The notes beneath the pieces were generated by a model. That model did not search any database and had not been told where the DNA came from. It worked only from the letters and a program-made list of their open reading frames with translations. From contig NC_043001.1 of the NCBI RefSeq assembly GCF_006345805.1, positions 112,592,001 to 112,656,000 of the forward strand: DNA of 64,000 nucleotides, in the 5' to 3' direction. Of this stretch, positions 12,391-25,700 are shown one piece after another. This DNA is from Octopus sinensis. Lineage: Eukaryota. Made by a program: the position numbers and the translations under genes. Position 1 is the first letter of the stretch; each line of letters starts with the position of its first letter.

Positions 12391-12535
12391 TTATTAAATT
12401 TATTTATTTATTAAGTCTTTAAATATATATTTTACCTGTGAATTTGGGTGTGTAATCTGGGAAGGCATACAATGAGCTTCTCTGCCCTAGGAAAACACTC
12501 GGCGAGAAATGGAAGAAAATTTGAAGAAGAAGGAA

Positions 12536-12603
<68 letters not shown>

Positions 12604-12699
12604 TGTAATAAGTACTGGGTCGATTAGTTCGACTAAAATACCTCAAGGCGGTGCCCCAGCATGGCTGCAGTCTAATGACAGAAAACAAGTAAAAGATAA

Positions 12700-14040
12700 C
12701 GACAAAAAAATAGTGAAAGTACTAACGATGGTAGAGACTAGTATTGGCGGTTTCTGGTGGTCGTTGTGGCGTTGATTGTAAAATAATGATCGTGTGTGGA
12801 TTTCGTTTCGGTTGCATTAGTTTTGTGGTATTTGGGGAGAGTAGTAGTAGTAATGGTTTACACTAGTTCTGATGAAATTGCCAATGGTTGTAGCAATGAC
12901 CGAATGATCGTAGTGCCAACAGTGGTGGTGGCCAAGGGAACGGCAACGAAGGTAGTGAGGCAATGGTGGAGTTGGTGTGGTGCTGGTTTTTGCAAATAAC
13001 GGTTGTAGAACAACGGTTGGATTTCGAGACGTAATGACGATGGTGAAGTTAGTGTTATGGTGGCGACCGTGGTGGTGGTGTTGGCGTTGCTGGTGTCGAT
13101 GGTGTTGGTGGTCTTGATGACGGGGGTGGGGGTAGCAATGGTGGTGGTGGTGTTGGTTGTAAAGAATGTGGTCGCTGTTAAACCTGTTATGATGGTCATG
13201 GTGACAGCTTGTGGTGGTTGTTTGCTCTGCTGGTATTAACTGTGTTAATGGTAGAGGTTATGATTGCTGTATGGAAATGGCCCTGACGAAGATAGGTGGT
13301 GGTGGTGGTGGTCTTCCAATGAGTTTGGTAGCGGTGGTAATGAGTATAGGAGTGGGCGGTGACGTAAATAGTTGTAGTGTAGGTCGTGGAAGTAAACTAA
13401 AGGTCGTGCTGCGTTTGCTGTTAGCCGTGGCGATGGGTGGTGCAGTAGAGAAGATGGAGGAGGATCTCGTTAGTAGTGGTGATAATGATGCTGGTAGAGA
13501 TTGTGATAGTGATGCTGGTTGGTGACAATGGTAAAAGTAAGGATGAGGGATGAGGGGAGAGCGTGAGGTTGATGTGGTGGTGGTGATGATAGTGGTGGCA
13601 CTTGAGATAATGGTTGTTGCTGTTGTCGTTGTGGTTGTGGTTGTGGTTGAGGTGGTTGTGGAGGTGGTGGTGGTGGTGGTGGTGGTGGTGGTAGCATTTT
13701 CTTGGTCTTTGTTGGTCATTGCACTAAGTGTACTGATGCAGGTAGTCCAGCTTCATTGTCAGTGTCTTGGTGCAATTATTGCATTTACTAATGATGATGA
13801 TGATGATGGTGGTGGTGGCGGCGGCGGCGGCAAAAATATAGATGATGATAATGATGATGATGATGATGAAGTTGGTGATGTCGATGATGATGACGATAAT
13901 GCTGACATTGACATGGAGATGAGGGTAAAGGAAGAGACGAAAGGGATTAAAACTGGAACCCAACAGAGAATGAAAATAAATACAGAAGGAGAAATAGGTT
14001 AGGGGTGGTGGTGGTGGTGTGAAGGAGGAGGTGGAAGAAG
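12700..14040. repeat. Degenerate GGT/GAT/GTT trinucleotide low-complexity region
   Basis: Strongly G/T-skewed mosaic of triplet repeats producing poly-V/T/D/P ORFs in several frames on both strands. Confidence 0.85.
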
Positions 14041-14414
14041 AATGAATAGAAAAGATTGTAGTTATGACTATGGAAAATATCTAATTAGTATGGATGTGGG
14101 ACATAAAACCGTCAATCCAATTTAGTTACCAATACGGTCCGACGTTCCCTACAAAATGACGAAGGGAAGCGTGTACTCCTTAGGGAGTTCGCCCTATTAA
14201 GGGGAGAAAATCAGTAGTCAGGAGTGTACTGTAAAAGATATGATGATGGAGTTTATTTTTTCAACTTCATTCAGTCCCCAAATCATGGGATTAGCAGAAA
14301 GAGCACATATTATAAGCCACGATGTATTTGTGTTTGCTTTAAGGGGAATTGTTTTTAATAAAATAAACATGAAATTCAATTATTATCATTGTTTTTTTAA
14401 TGTCTTTTTTTTTT

Positions 14415-14650
14415 TTTTGATTTTTCATCATTTGACTGCGGCCATGTTGGGGCCACCGCTTAGAAGAATCTTTTAGTCGAATGAATCGACCGTAGTACCG
14501 TAGTACTTATTCTATCGATCTCTTTTACTGAGCTGTTAGGTTACGGTTGTCAAGCGGTCGTGGAGGGCAAAAGCAGGCGTAAAGCCAAACCGATACACAA
14601 GCACACACACATACATGTGTATGTGTGCGTATATACATACACACATACAC

Positions 14651-14692
<42 letters not shown>

Positions 14693-14696
14693 AGAC

Positions 14697-14764
<68 letters not shown>

Positions 14765-14800
14765 GTATATGCACACACACAACGATTTCTTTCAGTTTCC
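14415..14800 (-). mobile_element. SINE-B, partial, with expanded internal (CA)/(GA)/(GATA)n
   Basis: 3' module CATTTGACTGCGGCCATG and TTTCTTTCAGTTTCCGT flank the microsatellite. Confidence 0.75.
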
Positions 14801-15511
14801 GTGTCTTACGCTATTCCCTTGGGCGGTAAATCTGAGGTTCTGACGTACAAGTTACGTGTGAGTCGTACAGAAAGAGTACCGAACAAGTTGTTCTATTAGA
14901 CTGAAACTGTCTTGTATAATTAGATCGTAAATGTAAAGAATAATACGAACAAATCACGAATAGAAAAGAAAACAATGTCGTATGACTCACAACGTTACAC
15001 ACAGTCTATAAGCTGACCCTTTTAGGCACAGTCCACTTCTTACACACGACACGTTCATTCAATTTAAATGCAAAATTCACAAAATTTTCTTTCTGTATGT
15101 ACCACATAATCTAGCCAACTATTAGACCAACAATAAGATGTAACACACAGCACACAATCTACAGACTCGCCAGTCAACGAAATAACTCAACCCACACGAC
15201 ACATAGCCATATAATCTGCATAATGATCAACCTACATGGTTTCATAGTTTTTATAGGAGCAGGGGTTACAATGAGGACGTTTTACTGCATTTTTGACTTT
15301 TTGAAGAGAACTATATTTTTTACAAATGTTCACAACAAAAAATCAGCTAAGCGTTCTCCAAATGCATTAAAAATACTATAACATAATTTGAACTCTAATT
15401 CAGAAAATTAGTTCCGTTCTCTTTGAGTTTACGGGAGTTCTACTGTGACGATTCGAAGCATTTGAGGGATGACATTCGGAGAAAAAGCGACCGCATCTTT
15501 TTTTTTTTTTT

Positions 15512-15751
15512 TCTCTTTTCTTTTTCTTGTTTCAGTCATTTAACTGTGGCCATGCTGGAGCACAGCTTTTAGTCGAGTAAATCGGCTCCAGGACTTATTC
15601 TTTGGAAGACTAGTTCTTATTCTATCGGTCTCTTTTGCCGAACCGCTAAGTTACGGGGACGTAAACACACCACCATCGGTTGTCAAGCGATGTTGGGGTA
15701 ACAGTCAGAGACACACAAACATATACACACACACATACATACATATATATA

Positions 15752-15818
<67 letters not shown>

Positions 15819-15983
15819 TACGACGGGTTTCTTTCAGTTTCCGTCTACCAAATCCACTCACAAGGCTTTGGTAGGCCCGAGGGTTAAGTAGAAGACACTT
15901 GCCCAAGGTGCTACGCAGTGGGACTGAACCCGGAACCATGTGGTTGGTAAGCAAGCTACTTACCACACAGCTACTCCTGCGCC
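15512..15983 (-). mobile_element. SINE-B, full length
   Basis: Reverse-complement family match with a long internal (TA)n. Confidence 0.9.
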
Positions 15984-15989
15984 TTCTGT

Positions 15990-16389
15990 GAAGAATTGAA
16001 GCGCGAAGAATTGAGTTCTTCACAACAATGCACTCTGTCAGCTAGTTCTCCTTATTCGTTAGTTTCTTGCCAAAGACAACATGGTATCGCTTCAGCACCC
16101 GCCCTATTTGCCAGATTTAGCCCCTGCGGACTTCCATTTCATCCCCAAGATGAAAATGTAGCCCAAAGGTCACCGTCTTAACAACGTCGTCGAGAACCAA
16201 AGCGAATCATAGAAGGGACTCGACTCGCTTACGGAAAACGACTTAGAGGCTGGATTCGAAAAATGGCAGGAACGCTGGCACTGGTGTATTGCTGCGCAAG
16301 GTTACTATTTACGACTTAGGTAGATAAGTAATTTTTTTTTCTTTTTAGTAAATATAACTAGTTCGGTAACGTTTTGATACCACCTCTTA
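15990..16389 (+). pseudogene. Mariner (Tc1/mariner) transposase C-terminal remnant with right end
   Basis: Translation LHNNA..FLAKDNMVSLQHPPYLPDLAPADFHFIPKMK..FEKWQERWHWCIAAQGYYF matches the mariner HDNA / YSPDLAP.D motifs; followed by a TIR-like end and TA. Confidence 0.9.
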
Positions 16390-16545
16390 TAAAAGACAAA
16401 TTTAGCTGGGGTAAAACGAGTAAGGCATGATAAGGTAAATTTGCCTCAGTTCTCCAAAATTACATTTTGGAAAAGACTTATACACATCAATATCCATCCT
16501 TAGACATCAGAAAGATCAGAAATGCAACACAAATTTAATATTTAA

Positions 16546-16776
16546 GGCGGTGAGCTGGCAGAAAGGTTAGCATGCCGGGCGAAATGCTTAGTGGTATTTC
16601 GTCTGCTGCTACGTTCTCAGTTCAAACTCCGCCGAGGTCGACTTTGCCTTTCATCCTTTCGGGGTCGATAAATTAAGTACCAGTTACGCACTAGGGTCGC
16701 TGTAATCGACTTAATCCGTTTGTCTGTCCTTGTTTGTCTCCTCTATGTTTAGCCCCTTGTGGGCAATAAAGAAATA
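16546..16776 (+). mobile_element. SINE-A1
   Basis: Near-consensus family match. Confidence 0.9.
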
Positions 16777-16948
16777 ATAAATTTAAAATATCTAGGTTAA
16801 ATTGAAAGTGAACCGCGAGAAATATGGCACATGATATGAAATTAACAAAACTCGATTTTGCTAAAATTTATTTGCAGTAAATTGGTTTTTACTTCTACAA
16901 TGCACAAAATATTTTAACACTTCTTTTATACAACTTTTAATAATATCT

Positions 16949-17372
16949 ATGCGTAGCTGTGTGGTAAGAAGCTTGCTTCTGAGCTACATGGTTCCGGTTT
17001 CAGTCCCACTGCGTGGCACCTTGGGCAAGTGTCTTCTACTATAGCCTCGGGCTTACCAAAGCCTTGTCAGTGGATTTGGTAGACGGAATCTGATATATGT
17101 GTGCGTGCGTGTGTGTGTGTGTGTGTGTGGTGTGTGTGTGTGTGTACGTGTGGGTCTTTGTCTCTGTATTCGTCGTTCCCCACCACCACTATCGCTTGAT
17201 AACCGATGCTGGTGTGCTTACGTGCCCGTAGCTTAGGGGTTCGGCAAAAGACTCGATGGAATAAGTATCAGTCTTACAAAGAATAAGTCCTGGGGTCGAT
17301 TTCTTCGACTAAAACCATTTAAGGTGGTGCTCCAGCATGACCGCAGTAAAATGACTGAAACAAGTAAAAGAA
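16949..17372 (+). mobile_element. SINE-B
   Basis: Family match, diverged. Confidence 0.85.
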
Positions 17373-17499
17373 TATAATAGGATTTTTGAAGAGGAACCAC
17401 CCGAATAAAATAAAATTTAAAACGGGTCCATAGGTAAAAAAAATGGTCGAGGACCACTGTTCGGTTTAAAACCACTTCTCTACATGATCACAACGAAAC

Positions 17500-17713
17500 A
17501 ATCCTTTCTACTATAGGCACAAGGCCTGAAATTTAGAGGAGGGGGAGAATCAATTACATCGATCCCAGTGCTCAACTGGTACTTATTTTATCGACCGTGA
17601 AAGGATGAAAGGCAAAGTCGACAGCGGCAGCATTTGAACTCTGAACATAAAGACGGACGGGAGACCGATAAACATTTCGTCCGGCGTGCTAACGATTCTG
17701 CCGCCTCACCACC
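17500..17713 (-). mobile_element. SINE-A, subtype A2 (3' tail AAATTTCAGGCCTTGTGCCTATAGTAGAAAGGATT)
   Basis: Same head and central domain as A1 with a different 3' module. Confidence 0.85.
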
Positions 17714-17743
17714 AATACATCCTACACAGTTTATACACTATGC

Positions 17744-17969
17744 CAGTGTTTCTCAACCATTTTCTACCTATGGACCCCCTCTGATCCCTATTTTACTCGA
17801 ATGGACCCTCATAGCCATTCGATGTTTAAAATATCCTATAAAATTTTTATAATTAAATATAATTAGAATTAGGAGTTAACAGTTTAACAGTTGTTAAACT
17901 GTTAAAATATTTTATTGCAGATAAATTTTAACAACAAAATTTTATTAGGACTCCAGTTGAGACAGACTG
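17744..17969. mobile_element. hAT-like MITE
   Basis: Imperfect TIRs CAGTGTTTCTCAACC / CAGTTGAGACAGACTG; 8-bp flanks CACTATGC and CTCTATGC (7/8 match). Confidence 0.8.
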
Positions 17970-18503
17970 CTCTATGCAGTTAACATCCAATGACCAACAC
18001 AGTATATACGAGTATTCTACATAATAACACCATATCACAACGGGCACAGCATATATTATAAGCAATCACCATGTAACATGACATAAGCCACATACTATAT
18101 ACTCTACAAATTAATAACCTGACGAAATATCACAAGGTACACCGTGAACATCTTAAACAATAAATGGATGAATGAATAAAGTAACACTACAATAAAGCAA
18201 AACATTTGTTGCATGCAGACACAATTACAAGTCTTCCCTCCAAACCAGAAAACAATTTTGTACACAGAGCAGGGAGATATACGGGAATTTGTTACGGCAG
18301 CAGAAATTTGCATGGAATTTCAGAAACAATTTTACTTTTCATTTCTACCTTTGAACAAGGCCTGAAATTTTGAAAGGAAGCCTAGTCGATTACATCTGCT
18401 TTAGTGCTCGACTATTACTTATTTTATCGATCCTGAAAGAACGAGAAACAAACTCGAGTTCGAAGATCAAATGATTTTTGCCAGCTCAAAATTTTTTAAT
18501 AAT

Positions 18504-18544
<41 letters not shown>

Positions 18545-18619
18545 ATGTATGTATGTATGTATGTATGTATGTATGTATGCATGTATGTATGTATGCATGT
18601 ATGTATGTATGTATGTATG

Positions 18620-19616
18620 ACACTATTCAGTTTTATTTCAAGATTACTTGCCAATAGCGGAAGAGCCGCTTTCTAACCTAGATACAAGGCTCCATTGCAA
18701 TTTCAATATCAACACCAGGGTATTTTTGTATGCATGTATGCATGCATGCATGCATGTATGTGCAGACTTGTATGTTTTATGTATGTATTCTCATGCATAT
18801 AATTGCATATCTAGACATGCTCATATATATTCAAATGATAAACTTCTGGAAAGTTTTGCAGGTTTTTACAGTTCCAGTAATGGATTGGATCTGTAGTCTT
18901 CGAATTAGCTTTCTCCTTTCTGCTTTTTAGAAGCCTAGTTTCTCAAGATTAGTAATAAGGCAGTGTGTTACATACCCCAGGGGCCCAATAATTACAGGTG
19001 TAAACCTGAACTTGTAATCTGGATAGAGTAACTGCAGATTTCTCAGTTCAGCATAGGTGTCCTCTTTGTTAACTGATCTTCAGCTTTATGTTAACATCCA
19101 CTGGGCAGCTAATTTCCACAACTGTACACAGTTTCTGTTCTCTATCCCATATCATTACATCAGGTCTGTTGTGCTTACATTTTATTCAGGTTTTCACGGG
19201 TACATTCTCCCAGTATTCCTTTTTATTATGAGTGGCTATGGCTTCTACCATATTGTGGGTTCTTATTTCTTTGTCCTCGGGATTATCCTTCAGACGGATT
19301 TTATTATAGAGTGTCTAGCTACAATGTCATGTCTCATCGGTATATAAAAACTATGATGACATTTTCGGACATCTGCTTATGATGTGGGTTATATCTTCAG
19401 TGTGAACTCCACAAAGTCTGCATCGGTTGTCACAATTTACGACATTTCCTGTATCTCTATCCATTTTGTGCATCAGGTACTTGGTTGTTATTTCCTGAGC
19501 CTGGATTGGAAACACATACCCTTCGAAGTGCGAAGTAGTAGTCCGACTATTGGTCCATAATAAACTGCTTTGATGATCGATGTTACCATCATCACGCAGC
19601 TTTCTACTAACATATT
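18620..19616 (-). mobile_element. 5'-truncated RLE-type non-LTR retrotransposon (R4/Dong-like); decayed ORF at about 18831-19500
   Basis: Minus-strand translation gives CRLCGVHTEDITHIISRC (CCHC knuckle), RHD, KHNRPDVMIWDREQKLCTVVEISCP (PD-(D/E)xK nuclease) and PVIIGPLG; (CATA)n on both sides. Confidence 0.88.
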
Positions 19617-19900
19617 CATATGTATGTATGTTATGTATGTATGTATGTATGTATGTATGTATGTATGTATGTATGTATGTATGTTTGTTTGTATGTATGT
19701 ATGTATGTATACGATATGCAAGTGAAGCCTATATGTGTGTATGTGTGATATTTGTTTTTAAAGTTGGTTATTGTTACACAAGTAAAACTTAAGATTATAA
19801 AAAGTTAAACATTGCGTTTGAAGTATGACTTCAAGTAGGAATACCATAAATCTCATACCACGAATTTTTGTTAATGACACATATGTCCCGGGCAACAACT

Positions 19901-19943
<43 letters not shown>

Positions 19944-19971
19944 ATCTGCTGCTGCGACAACTGTCATTTTT

Positions 19972-20202
19972 TATTTCTTTACTGCTCACAAGGGGCTACA
20001 CACAGAGGGGGAAAACAAGGACAGACAGACAGATTAAGTCGATTATATCGACCCCAGTGCGTAACTGGTACTTATTTAATCGACCCCGAAAGGATGAAAG
20101 GCAAAGTCGACCTCGGCGGAATTTGAACTCAGAACGTAGCGGCAGACGAAATACCGCTAAGCATTTCGTCCAGCGCGCTAACGTTTCTGCCAGCTCGCCG
20201 CC
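19972..20202 (-). mobile_element. SINE-A1
   Basis: Family match; ACTGTCATTT at 19960-19969 and 20208-20217 (TSD). Confidence 0.9.
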
Positions 20203-20485
20203 TTTCCACTGTCATTTCTACCACCACAAATACCCCTGCACCGACTGCCGCTGTTGTTACTAGTAGTATATATTAATACAAATACATACATATACACGTG
20301 TAGGGAAGGGAAATAGGTATTTTAAGAAAATCAGGTGAATACCTCTGTAAGTGCTCTATGCGATAAACGTGGCTAAAACAATGACTATTGAAGACCCTAG
20401 TAATCCATAAGGATTAGATTTATCTTGTAACTAGTTCAGACTATAAATCCGAAGGTGTTCAGCAATATATATGTTGGTACATTTG

Positions 20486-20700
20486 AGGTGACGAGGTGGC
20501 AGAATCGTTAGCACACAGAGCAAAATGCTTAAGCGGCATTTCATTCATCATCACCTTCCGAGTTCAAATTTCACCGAGGTCGGTTTTTCCTTTCCTCTCT
20601 TCAGGGTCGATAAAATAAGTACCAGTTGAAGACCGGGGTTGATGAAATAGACTTACCCTTCCTCTGTGATTGCTAGCTTAGTGCCAAATTTTGAAATCAA
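20486..20700 (+). mobile_element. SINE-A2, old and diverged
   Basis: Degenerate family match. Confidence 0.75.
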
Positions 20701-20747
20701 TATAATTCTTCATTCCTCGTTTTATTACTGTCTTTTTCCCTGATTAA

Positions 20748-21163
20748 TGTGGCTGCGTGGTAAGTAGCTTGCTTACCAACCACATGGTTCTGGGTTCAGT
20801 CCCACTGCGTGGTACCTTGGGCAAGTGTCTTCTACTATAGCTTCGGGCCAACCAAAGCCTCGTGAGTCGATTTGGTAGACGGAAACTGAAAGAAGCCCGT
20901 CGTATATGTATATATATATATGCGTGTATGCGTATGTATACGTTTCTGTGTCTGTTTTTGTTACCCCAACATCACTTGACAACCGATGCTGGTGTGTTTA
21001 CGTCCCTGTAACTTAGTAGTTCGGCAAAAGAGACCTATAGAAGAAGTACTGGGCTTACAAAGAATAAGTCCTGGAGTCGATTTGCTTGACTAAACGCGGT
21101 GTTCCAGCATGGCCACAGTCAACTGACTGAAACAAGTAAAAGAGTAAAAGAGTAAAGAGTAAA
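20748..21163 (+). mobile_element. SINE-B
   Basis: Family match. Confidence 0.88.
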
Positions 21164-21738
21164 GCAGAACGTAGAGACGGACGAAATGCTGCTAAGCATT
21201 TTGTCCGGCGTGCGGAAGATATTCCCTGATCGCTGCCTTACTATGAAGTATTATATATTCATAGATAATTTTACTTGCTCGCATGTATTTCACACAGTTT
21301 GCGTAAGCGTACCTTCATCATACGATGCTTTCAACGCATAATCGAACATTATTTAATTGACTGATTGATCGATCGAATGCGTGTACAGACCATTGTATGA
21401 TGAAAGAATAGTTGCAAAAGCTTTACGAAATATGTTCTTTTATTCTTTTACTTGTTTCAGTCATCTGACTGCTGCCATGCTGGAGCACCTCACCCCCAAC
21501 CCCCCCGCACACATGCCATCGTTTGACAATCGGTAACTTAGCGGTTCGACAAAAGATATTTATAGAATATGTGCTAGGCTTACAATAAGCTCTGAGATCG
21601 ATTTCTTCGACTAAAACACCCTTTAAGGCGGTGCTCCAGCATTGCCGCAGTCAGATGACTGAAGCAAATTAAAGAATCAAAGAATCTCACTCCAAATATG
21701 AAGACTAGTGATAATGTCATCCATTATTCAGTTGTTGT

Positions 21739-21774
<36 letters not shown>

Positions 21775-21949
21775 GCACGCACGTACGCACATACATACAT
21801 ACATACATGAGCCTTGGAGCTCGGTTAGGAACCGGCTCTTTCTCTATTACCAAGATATCTTGAAATAACATTGAATAATAACCCACATTTATGATGACGG
21901 CTGTCCCAGATATGTAATAAAGCTCTATTTAATCGATGATAATAATATC

Positions 21950-21968
21950 TATCTTATCTATCTATCTA

Positions 21969-22024
<56 letters not shown>

Positions 22025-22239
22025 AATCTATCTATCTGTCTGTCTGTCAGTCTGTCAGTCTGTCTCTCTCTCTCTCTCTATCTCTATCTATCTATCTATC
22101 TATCTATATATATATATATATACATATATACAGAGAGAGAAAGAGAGAGAGACAGACAGACACACAGACAGACAAACAGATAGGCATACATACATATACA
22201 TACATGCATCTATGCATACAGACATACACACACTCACAT

Positions 22240-22280
<41 letters not shown>
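21950..22280. repeat. (TATC)n/(GA)n/(CA)n compound microsatellite
   Basis: Direct reading. Confidence 0.95.
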
Positions 22281-22286
<6 letters not shown>

Positions 22287-22921
22287 TATATAATGTATGT
22301 ATGCATTTGAAATGTTCTGTGTCGATTCTGGAGGGTACATAAACCACGACTGAATTTGAATTTAGAACCTGAGGCCATAGAACCAAAAACCGGAAGTTAT
22401 TATGTTCGGTTTTCTATCAATTGTACTACCCTGCCCTTAGATATGAAATAATGATCTCCATGTCAACTATGCGTATATCACTTGTATATACTAAGACACC
22501 AACGTTACTCAGAATACATTTCGGAAGTTTAGTACTACAATCAATTTTTCCTGTCCACAAATATTGTTATCATTAGTTACTGGCGCATATTGCTGTATTG
22601 ATGGCCGGATATAGTTGCTACTGTCTTGTACAGTGAAATCTTAACAAAAATAATGCAAAAGAGTCAAGAACTTCCTCGTCACTTAGGTCATTTACCAATT
22701 AACAATAGTTGTTTGTAAGTGAGGCATGAAGCTTGCGATTAACCATTTATGCGTGGAAAAATAGAGCGAGTTTTTGACATTTTACAAACTCCCTCTGGAA
22801 CACTGACACGGCGTCAAATGAATTGGAGTGTTTCAAATTGGATAGATGTAAACTGGCTTTTGGATTAAGTTACATTCTGAGTACAGCGTCTGTTGCTGTA
22901 GTGTTGTTGTTGTTGTCGTCG

Positions 22922-22965
<44 letters not shown>

Positions 22966-23094
22966 GCTGCTGCTGCTGTTGTTGTTGTTGTTGCTGTTGT
23001 TCTTGTTCTTGTTCTTGTTGATGATGATGATGATGATGACGACGACAACGATGACGACGACGATGATAATAATAAGGATTTCAAATTTTTTTCC

Positions 23095-23286
23095 CACAAA
23101 GGCAGCTTGGAGGAAGGGATTAAGTCGATTACATCGTCCCCAGTGCGTAACTGGTACTTATTTCATTGACTCCGAAATGATGAAAGGCAAAGTCGTCCTC
23201 GGTGGAATTTGAGCTCAAAATCTAGCGGCAGACGAAATACTAAGTATTTCGCTTGGCGTGCTAATGATTCTGCTAGCTCGGTGCCA
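23095..23286 (-). mobile_element. SINE-A, diverged
   Basis: Family match. Confidence 0.8.
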
Positions 23287-23288
23287 TC

Positions 23289-23371
<83 letters not shown>

Positions 23372-23375
23372 TAGT

Positions 23376-23421
<46 letters not shown>

Positions 23422-23445
23422 TGTAGTATTATTAGTAGTAGTAGT

Positions 23446-23662
23446 AATCCTTTCTACTAAAGGCACAAGGCCTGGACTATGAGAGAGGGGAATGGTGGAT
23501 TGCATCGACACTCAGTGTTCCACTGGTACTTGATTTATCGATCCCAAAATGATGAATCGCAAATTCGATCTCGACACAGTTTAAACTCAGAACGTAGCAG
23601 CAGACGAAATACCGCTAAGCATTTCGTCCGGCGTGCTAACGATTCTGCTAGCTCACCACCTT
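23446..23662 (-). mobile_element. SINE-A2
   Basis: Family match. Confidence 0.8.
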
Positions 23663-23672
23663 AATAATGATG

Positions 23673-23720
<48 letters not shown>

Positions 23721-23726
23721 TAATAA

Positions 23727-24183
23727 GATAGAGAAATTAAGGCCAACAGACCAGATATAGTTGTCAGAGATCATGAAGAAAAAAAATGCTTTCTAATTGA
23801 TGTATCAATACCGGCAGATGACAACGTGTCTCTAAAAGAAATGGAGAAACTCTCAAAATACAAAGACCTGGAAATAGAGGTAACTAGAATGTGGAACCTG
23901 AAAACAGAAACAATCCTATCATAGTAGGTGCATTAGGCATGATAAAAAAATATTCAGACAAATACATAACAAAAACACCAGGACTTACAAACACATATAA
24001 CATACAGAAAATTGCACTACTAGGCACTGCACACATCCTACGCAGAACACTTTCCATACAATAACCATCAGAGCATCACAACAAATCACAGCACATACCC
24101 AAGGCACACAGAGCTGCGCTCGGTAGTGAAGTGAAAGCACGCTATAAAAATAAAACTACTGAATAATAATAATAATAATAATC
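23727..24183 (+). mobile_element. 5'-truncated R4/Dong-like retrotransposon (RLE domain, 3' UTR, (AAT)n tail)
   Basis: DREIKANRPDIVVRDHEEKKCFLIDVSIPADDNVSLKEMEKLSKYKDLEIEVTRMW, one frameshift, then PIIVGALG..QKIALLGTAHILRRTLSIQ* (stop 24062-24064). Confidence 0.92.
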
Positions 24184-25095
24184 ATAGGAGAAAAGGACAA
24201 GAACGAAATACAAAGAGAGCACCTCAGACAGATGGAAGAGAAACCTCTACGTGGCCAATTTTGGAGAACCACTAATGCTGTATGTGTAACAAACCCCTGG
24301 GCTTGGTTTAAAAAGGGGCAATTACAAAAAGAACAAACGATAAAAAGAAACAACTTGAGAGAGCGTCTTGAGAGAAATATGGAGAGAACGTCTCAGAAAA
24401 ATGTAGAACCTGTGGAACTTGGAACGAGACTGTGGCACACATTGTAACTGAATGCCCCAAGTTGGTACAGGAAGAATATAAGAACTGGATGCACGACCAG
24501 ATTGTAAAGGTTATACACTGGACACTGTGTCAGAAATGGTGGCTTGAAGCTGGAAACACATGGTACAATCATCGAGTCGAAAGAGTACTGGAGTCGGAGA
24601 AATGTAAGGATTTGTAGGACTTTCCTATTCAAACGGCCAAGAAATTAGAAAATAATAGATCAAATATAACGATTGTCGATAAGGAAAAGCGAATTTGCTT
24701 ACTTATCGATCCATCACGCCTGTTTGATTCCAGGATGTTAAAGAAAGAGGAAGAAAAACAAAATAGAAATTACAATCCCTTAAAGTTTGAAATAGGAAGA
24801 ATTTTGGGCATGCGAACAGTAAAGGCCGTGCCTAAAATAATTGTGTAGGGAACAGTAAGCCAAGATATAGACAAATGGCTGAAGGAGATTGAAATAGAAT
24901 GCCCGACAAAGCTCCTAGAGAAAGTATGTCTCTTATGGACAGCAAGGATTACCAGGAAGGTTCTAAGCACTTGCTGAAAATTTCTAAGACTGCTGAAAAC
25001 TTGTGGATACTTAAGGTTACAGGTAGTAACCCACTATCCACATAATTCCTACCAGGAATAAAACCGAACGTGAGCCGAACGAAAATAATAATAAT
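24184..25095 (+). mobile_element. Second, older R4/Dong-like retrotransposon 3' portion
   Basis: EKPLRGQF..WAWFKKG, CRTCGTWNETVAHIVTECPKL..HDQIVKVIHWTLC, NNRSNITIVDKEKRICLLIDPS; ends in (AAT)n. Confidence 0.88.
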
Positions 25096-25700
25096 AATAA
25101 TAATCATCCTTTCTGCTATAGGCACAAGGCCTGAAATTTATGGAGAGGAAAAATAATCGATTACAACAACCCCAGTACTCAACTAGTACTTAATAATAAA
25201 GATAATGTTTATGATGATGATGATGAGATAATAATAATAATAATAATAATAAAATAATAATAATAATGATATACTTGTTTCAGTCATTTGACTGTGGCAT
25301 TCTGGAGCACCGCCTTTATAGAAGAATAATATATATAATAACAACAACACAACAATAATAATAATAATAATAATAATAATAAGATAATAATGATAATAAT
25401 ATAATAAAACCCATAATAATAATATAATATAATAATAATAATATAATAATAATGATAATAATAATAATAATAATCGACTTTATTGCGTAAAGTACTGTCT
25501 GTCTGAGGTCCTTGTGATTTGACAGACAGTACAAACCCCCGGTAGACACCATATCTTCAATGAAAAACATCACCATATTGGATACTGTGCGACGTTTTAA
25601 ATAATAATTATAATGAGAAAACATCTGAAAACGAAAACCAGGGATCCTTATTATAACCGCCCAAGACCAAGGGCTACAAACAAGCAGCTTGGGAAAATGT

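Noticed and set aside
12858-14002. Mucin-like poly-Thr, poly-Pro and poly-Val/Asp ORFs
   Set aside because: They arise from GGT/GAT triplet mosaics, are open on both strands, and show no domain signal or convincing splice context.
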